Shown: positions 62,501 through 64,000 of the stretch, one piece after another | How positions within the stretch are numbered: position 1 is the stretch's first letter | How the letters are laid out: each line of letters opens with the position of its first letter | Assembly (NCBI GenBank): GCA_028707125.1 | Contig: JAQTUX010000001.1 | Location: forward strand, 1,130,438-1,194,437 | DNA: 64,000 bases | DNA from: Candidatus Omnitrophota bacterium | Lineage (GTDB): Bacteria > Omnitrophota > Gorgyraeia > Gygaellales > JAQTUX01 | Direction of reading: 5' to 3' | The notes under the pieces: generated by a model | Database searches by the model: none | The model's input: only the letters and a program-made list of their open reading frames with translations | Told to the model about the DNA's origin: nothing | Program-made: the position numbers and the translations under genes

Positions 62501-64000
62501 GAGACGCGACATCGGGCGGCTGTCCGGGATTTATATTACGGTTACCGGCTTCGGAGCCGTTCCCGGTAACGTGCACGGCTCCCTGCGGGCCGTAGGCATA
62601 CCATACGCGCGATGAATCGGGATAGATCACTGAAGTAAGCCGGTCAAGCGGGTCGTAGGCGCGTTCAACCGTATACGAAACGCCGTCTATTGACTTGAGC
62701 GACTTGACTTCCCTGCCCAGGTTGTCATAGAAGAAATCAGTTGAGCCGGATGGATAGGTCACGCGGGAAAGCCGGCCGATGCAATTTTGTTTGGAAGAAT
62801 CATCGTAGGCGTACGCCGCTAATATTGTTGAGTCGGTATATTTTCTGGTCAGGCGGTTCAGGGCATCGTAGTCAAATCTTAACACCTGGCCTTTCGCGTC
62901 GGTCTGATTCATAAGGTTGCCGGCCGCGTCATATTCATAACGCCACTCCCCCATATCCGGGTCGTTCATATAGAGTTTTCTGCCGAGGGAGTCGTAGGTT
63001 ATTCGCGTGGTATTGCCTTGATCATCAACAATCCCGGTTAAGTTACCCAGTGGATCATAAACATACCTGGTGGTGTATTGCGCGCCTTCATTAAATTCCC
63101 GCGCCTGGGCCACCCTGCCGAAGCTGTCGGATACAGTGGTCTTATAACGGCCTGCCTCATCGGTCACGGTCACCTCTAAGCCGTTATACGCGGTTGATAC
63201 GTACGTCCCATCGGGATTGGTAACCCGGCTTATTCTGCCCGCGGGGTCATAGTCATAGACGACCTTGGTGATATCGGAGATGACGTCTCTGTTAAGCTGG
63301 GCGCTGGAGCGGACATAGTAGGGCCGGTATTTCTCTTTGGCTCTGCCTGCCGCGTCGTAAACCACCCTGCCTGAAACCACCTGTTTGCCTGATTCGTTCG
63401 CCGGCGACTTCTCCTGCATCAGGCGGCCCAGGCCGTCAAAAAATGAGTAAGAGTGATAATAGCCGGCCGGTTGAGAAGAATATTTTACCTTCTTTATGAC
63501 CTTGACCGGGCTGGTGTCCAGCCGGTATTCATAAGAAACTGCGGGATACTCCTCGGTATCATTTGGGCCGACTACCTTCCAGAGCCGGCCGAGCTTATCG
63601 TAGATGTTCCTGGTCGTCTGGCCGTTGGGGTCGGTGGTGGACTTTACCTGGCCGAACAGGCCAAAGCCGAAACCGTTACTTTCATTTACGCCGTAGTATT
63701 CGGTCTTAACTGTGTGGCCCAGGGCATTACGCACCTCAACCGGAAAGGCGCGGTAGGTGTTATCATAAATAGTAGTGGTGACATTCCCCTTAGGGTCGGT
63801 CGTCTTTACAAGGTTGCCGTAATCGGCATAGAGCGGATCTGATGAAGACAGGCCATTATCATACGTATAGCCCGAAGTGTATAATGTATCGCTGTTTGTC
63901 AGGGGGTTGTGGCAGGTGACCGCCTCGGATGACGGCTGGCCGTTAGAATTGTACGCGACGGATTTCCTGTTCCAGGTAGTGTCATCTGAAATTACATTTA
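59520..64000 (-). CDS. RHS-repeat polymorphic toxin with LamG/ConA-like insert, glycine-zipper segment and C-terminal toxin domain. The reading frame stays open to the right window edge, so the gene is 5'-partial.
   Basis: YD repeats continue in frame from 64000 with no stop (the track start at 63734 is just the first GTG). LamG-like block ...LDGRLDEFRVS... RHS core ends GARYYDPTIGRFTQADT...NLVDPTGHGWFKK. It is followed by a Gly-rich zipper and a unique ~150-aa tail. Confidence 0.8.
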   Translation of the reverse strand, partial: NVISDDTTWNRKSVAYNSNGQPSSEAVTCHNPLTNSDTLYTSGYTYDNGLSSSDPLYADYGNLVKTTDPKGNVTTTIYDNTYRAFPVEVRNALGHTVKTEYYGVNESNGFGFGLFGQVKSTTDPNGQTTRNIYDKLGRLWKVVGPNDTEEYPAVSYEYRLDTSPVKVIKKVKYSSQPAGYYHSYSFFDGLGRLMQEKSPANESGKQVVSGRVVYDAAGRAKEKYRPYYVRSSAQLNRDVISDITKVVYDYDPAGRISRVTNPDGTYVSTAYNGLEVTVTDEAGRYKTTVSDSFGRVAQAREFNEGAQYTTRYVYDPLGNLTGIVDDQGNTTRITYDSLGRKLYMNDPDMGEWRYEYDAAGNLMNQTDAKGQVLRFDYDALNRLTRKYTDSTILAAYAYDDSSKQNCIGRLSRVTYPSGSTDFFYDNLGREVKSLKSIDGVSYTVERAYDPLDRLTSVIYPDSSRVWYAYGPQGAVHVTGNGSEAGNRNINPGQPPDVASLPDTYANPDSYTRLQLGFDGSQGDTFTFDDLGNPVAFSGNAYIDTQEQRFGSGSLLLDGKEGSYLSITDNEGWNFGSGDFTIDFWVKFNTMASSVTIAQQTDSDYKNLWYITLNPPAGNAGFSALSEGVYAGDFVGSGFNVTTDTWYHFAVVRDGSACRMFLNGAALNVTAYSPFGTMPDSNAPLKISVDMEGKHHLDGRLDEFRVSKGIARWNSNFTPPGQERIAEDTTSVSNIPQGTIVQNVIYHSTGQIKSITYGNGAVTDYAYDNMLRLSDISTESSAGTLQSLHYDFYNDGNISNITDNKNRSFDQSFTYDDLGRLTQAQGAYGVKSYDYDSIGNIIEKDGLTFTYDSRNKPHAVRALSDGTEFEYDANGNMTVKAGQNFIYDIENRLTCIERGAFDDGIDTYELHQGWNLIFFPRLPEDSRIDQIFAPIKGEFDQISRYNTSTQSYEHYVGIAKFNDFEALEVNRNYYVYVTSSNGAALTVTSQPVSTLETLASYAYDGDGGRVKKTAGDIATKYVGSLYEITTGSGNGDNSIVRAISAALLTKRTKHIFLGSNRICTITSSPLQDNIEGTNEVISYFHSDHLGSSSVITNNSGAIVQEAHYAPYGEFVSGSPTPDDRSVAANRYYNGKELDQSGLYYYGARYYDPTIGRFTQADTIVQDSYNPQTLNRYSYCNNNPINLVDPTGHGWFKKHFGKFFGIIAGILGTLLTGNMMFGFQLFNLFNSFGNAVNTGNWGGFAGGLAGGILGGMAGVGWATGIAKGLGESTYTFGGGFLIGAAEMGTAGFGGAFGETLGSGGSFGDAMKAGGIGFGIGAITGGLIEGSYLGGYQTFAHGLSVDHFVSQGVLPPIVSPPVGAGAGAIPQAGLAAEATASTARSTKRYGWGRYLHGTDKVSAALIRKSPWGLNPDSYVTLHNAIDPATGKMAMRLNPAEFRRFVSQPRAGVGEWFVDVLAPNNAVFRLPNTGGGAPQFQIHGENRVIDAYPNPN

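Noticed and set aside
1-64000. CRISPR arrays, tRNA or rRNA genes
   Set aside because: I saw no regularly spaced direct repeats with unique spacers, no tRNA-like cloverleaf candidates in the intergenic regions (all are AT-rich or occupied by the elements described), and no rRNA-like sequence.

Overview
The window is a 64-kb gene-dense accessory-type region, apparently from an uncultivated environmental bacterium. Every gene I can support lies on the minus strand; all plus-strand ORFs in the track look like shadow ORFs. From left to right on the plus strand: (1) a cobalamin salvage operon cobC-cobU-cobT (cobT runs off the left edge), preceded by a cobalamin riboswitch with a terminator-type expression platform. 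(2) An orphan radical-SAM/SPASM enzyme. (3) A block of secreted proteins. Two are paralogs with a tail-fibre-like N-terminal domain; they flank a SAM methyltransferase and carry a duplicated upstream region. (4) A Tc-toxin-like two-gene module: an FN3+SpvB-domain protein followed by a 2122-aa FG-GAP/RHS protein. The RHS protein ends in a glycine-zipper segment plus a variable C-terminal toxin domain, with a small lipoprotein (putative immunity) downstream. (5) Housekeeping and lipid genes (pcm, glycosyltransferases, LPLAT acyltransferase, HD-GYP). (6) An AbiEii-like nucleotidyltransferase with an XRE-HTH partner. (7) A truncated IS200-like transposase beside an RHS locus. That locus holds a full RHS protein with a DUF4329-like tip and cognate lipoprotein, plus a displaced orphan RHS C-terminal tip with its own homologous lipoprotein, bounded by a ~214-bp direct repeat. 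(8) A 2557-aa repeat-rich surface protein (alternating PPC-like repeats plus five FlgD-Ig-like domains). (9) A ~16.7-kb apparent operon driven by a consensus sigma70-like promoter. It encodes two paralogous 7TM-GAF histidine kinase / single-domain response regulator pairs, a type-II FAS/PKS-like set (two KS, one KS lacking its catalytic residues, i.e. CLF-like, ACP, FabZ, FabG), a CrtI-like oxidoreductase, a GMC oxidoreductase, an SRPBCC domain fused to a cyanobacterial-type acyl-ACP-reductase-like domain, and a PlsC acyltransferase. A four-helix-bundle ('23S rRNA intervening sequence protein') gene is inserted in this operon, flanked by complementary AC-only and GT-only tracts. (10) Two TonB-C-domain envelope proteins, a SIMPL-domain protein, and a third RHS toxin (LamG insert, glycine-zipper, Zn-ribbon immunity protein) that runs off the right edge. 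I found no rRNA, tRNA or CRISPR array.
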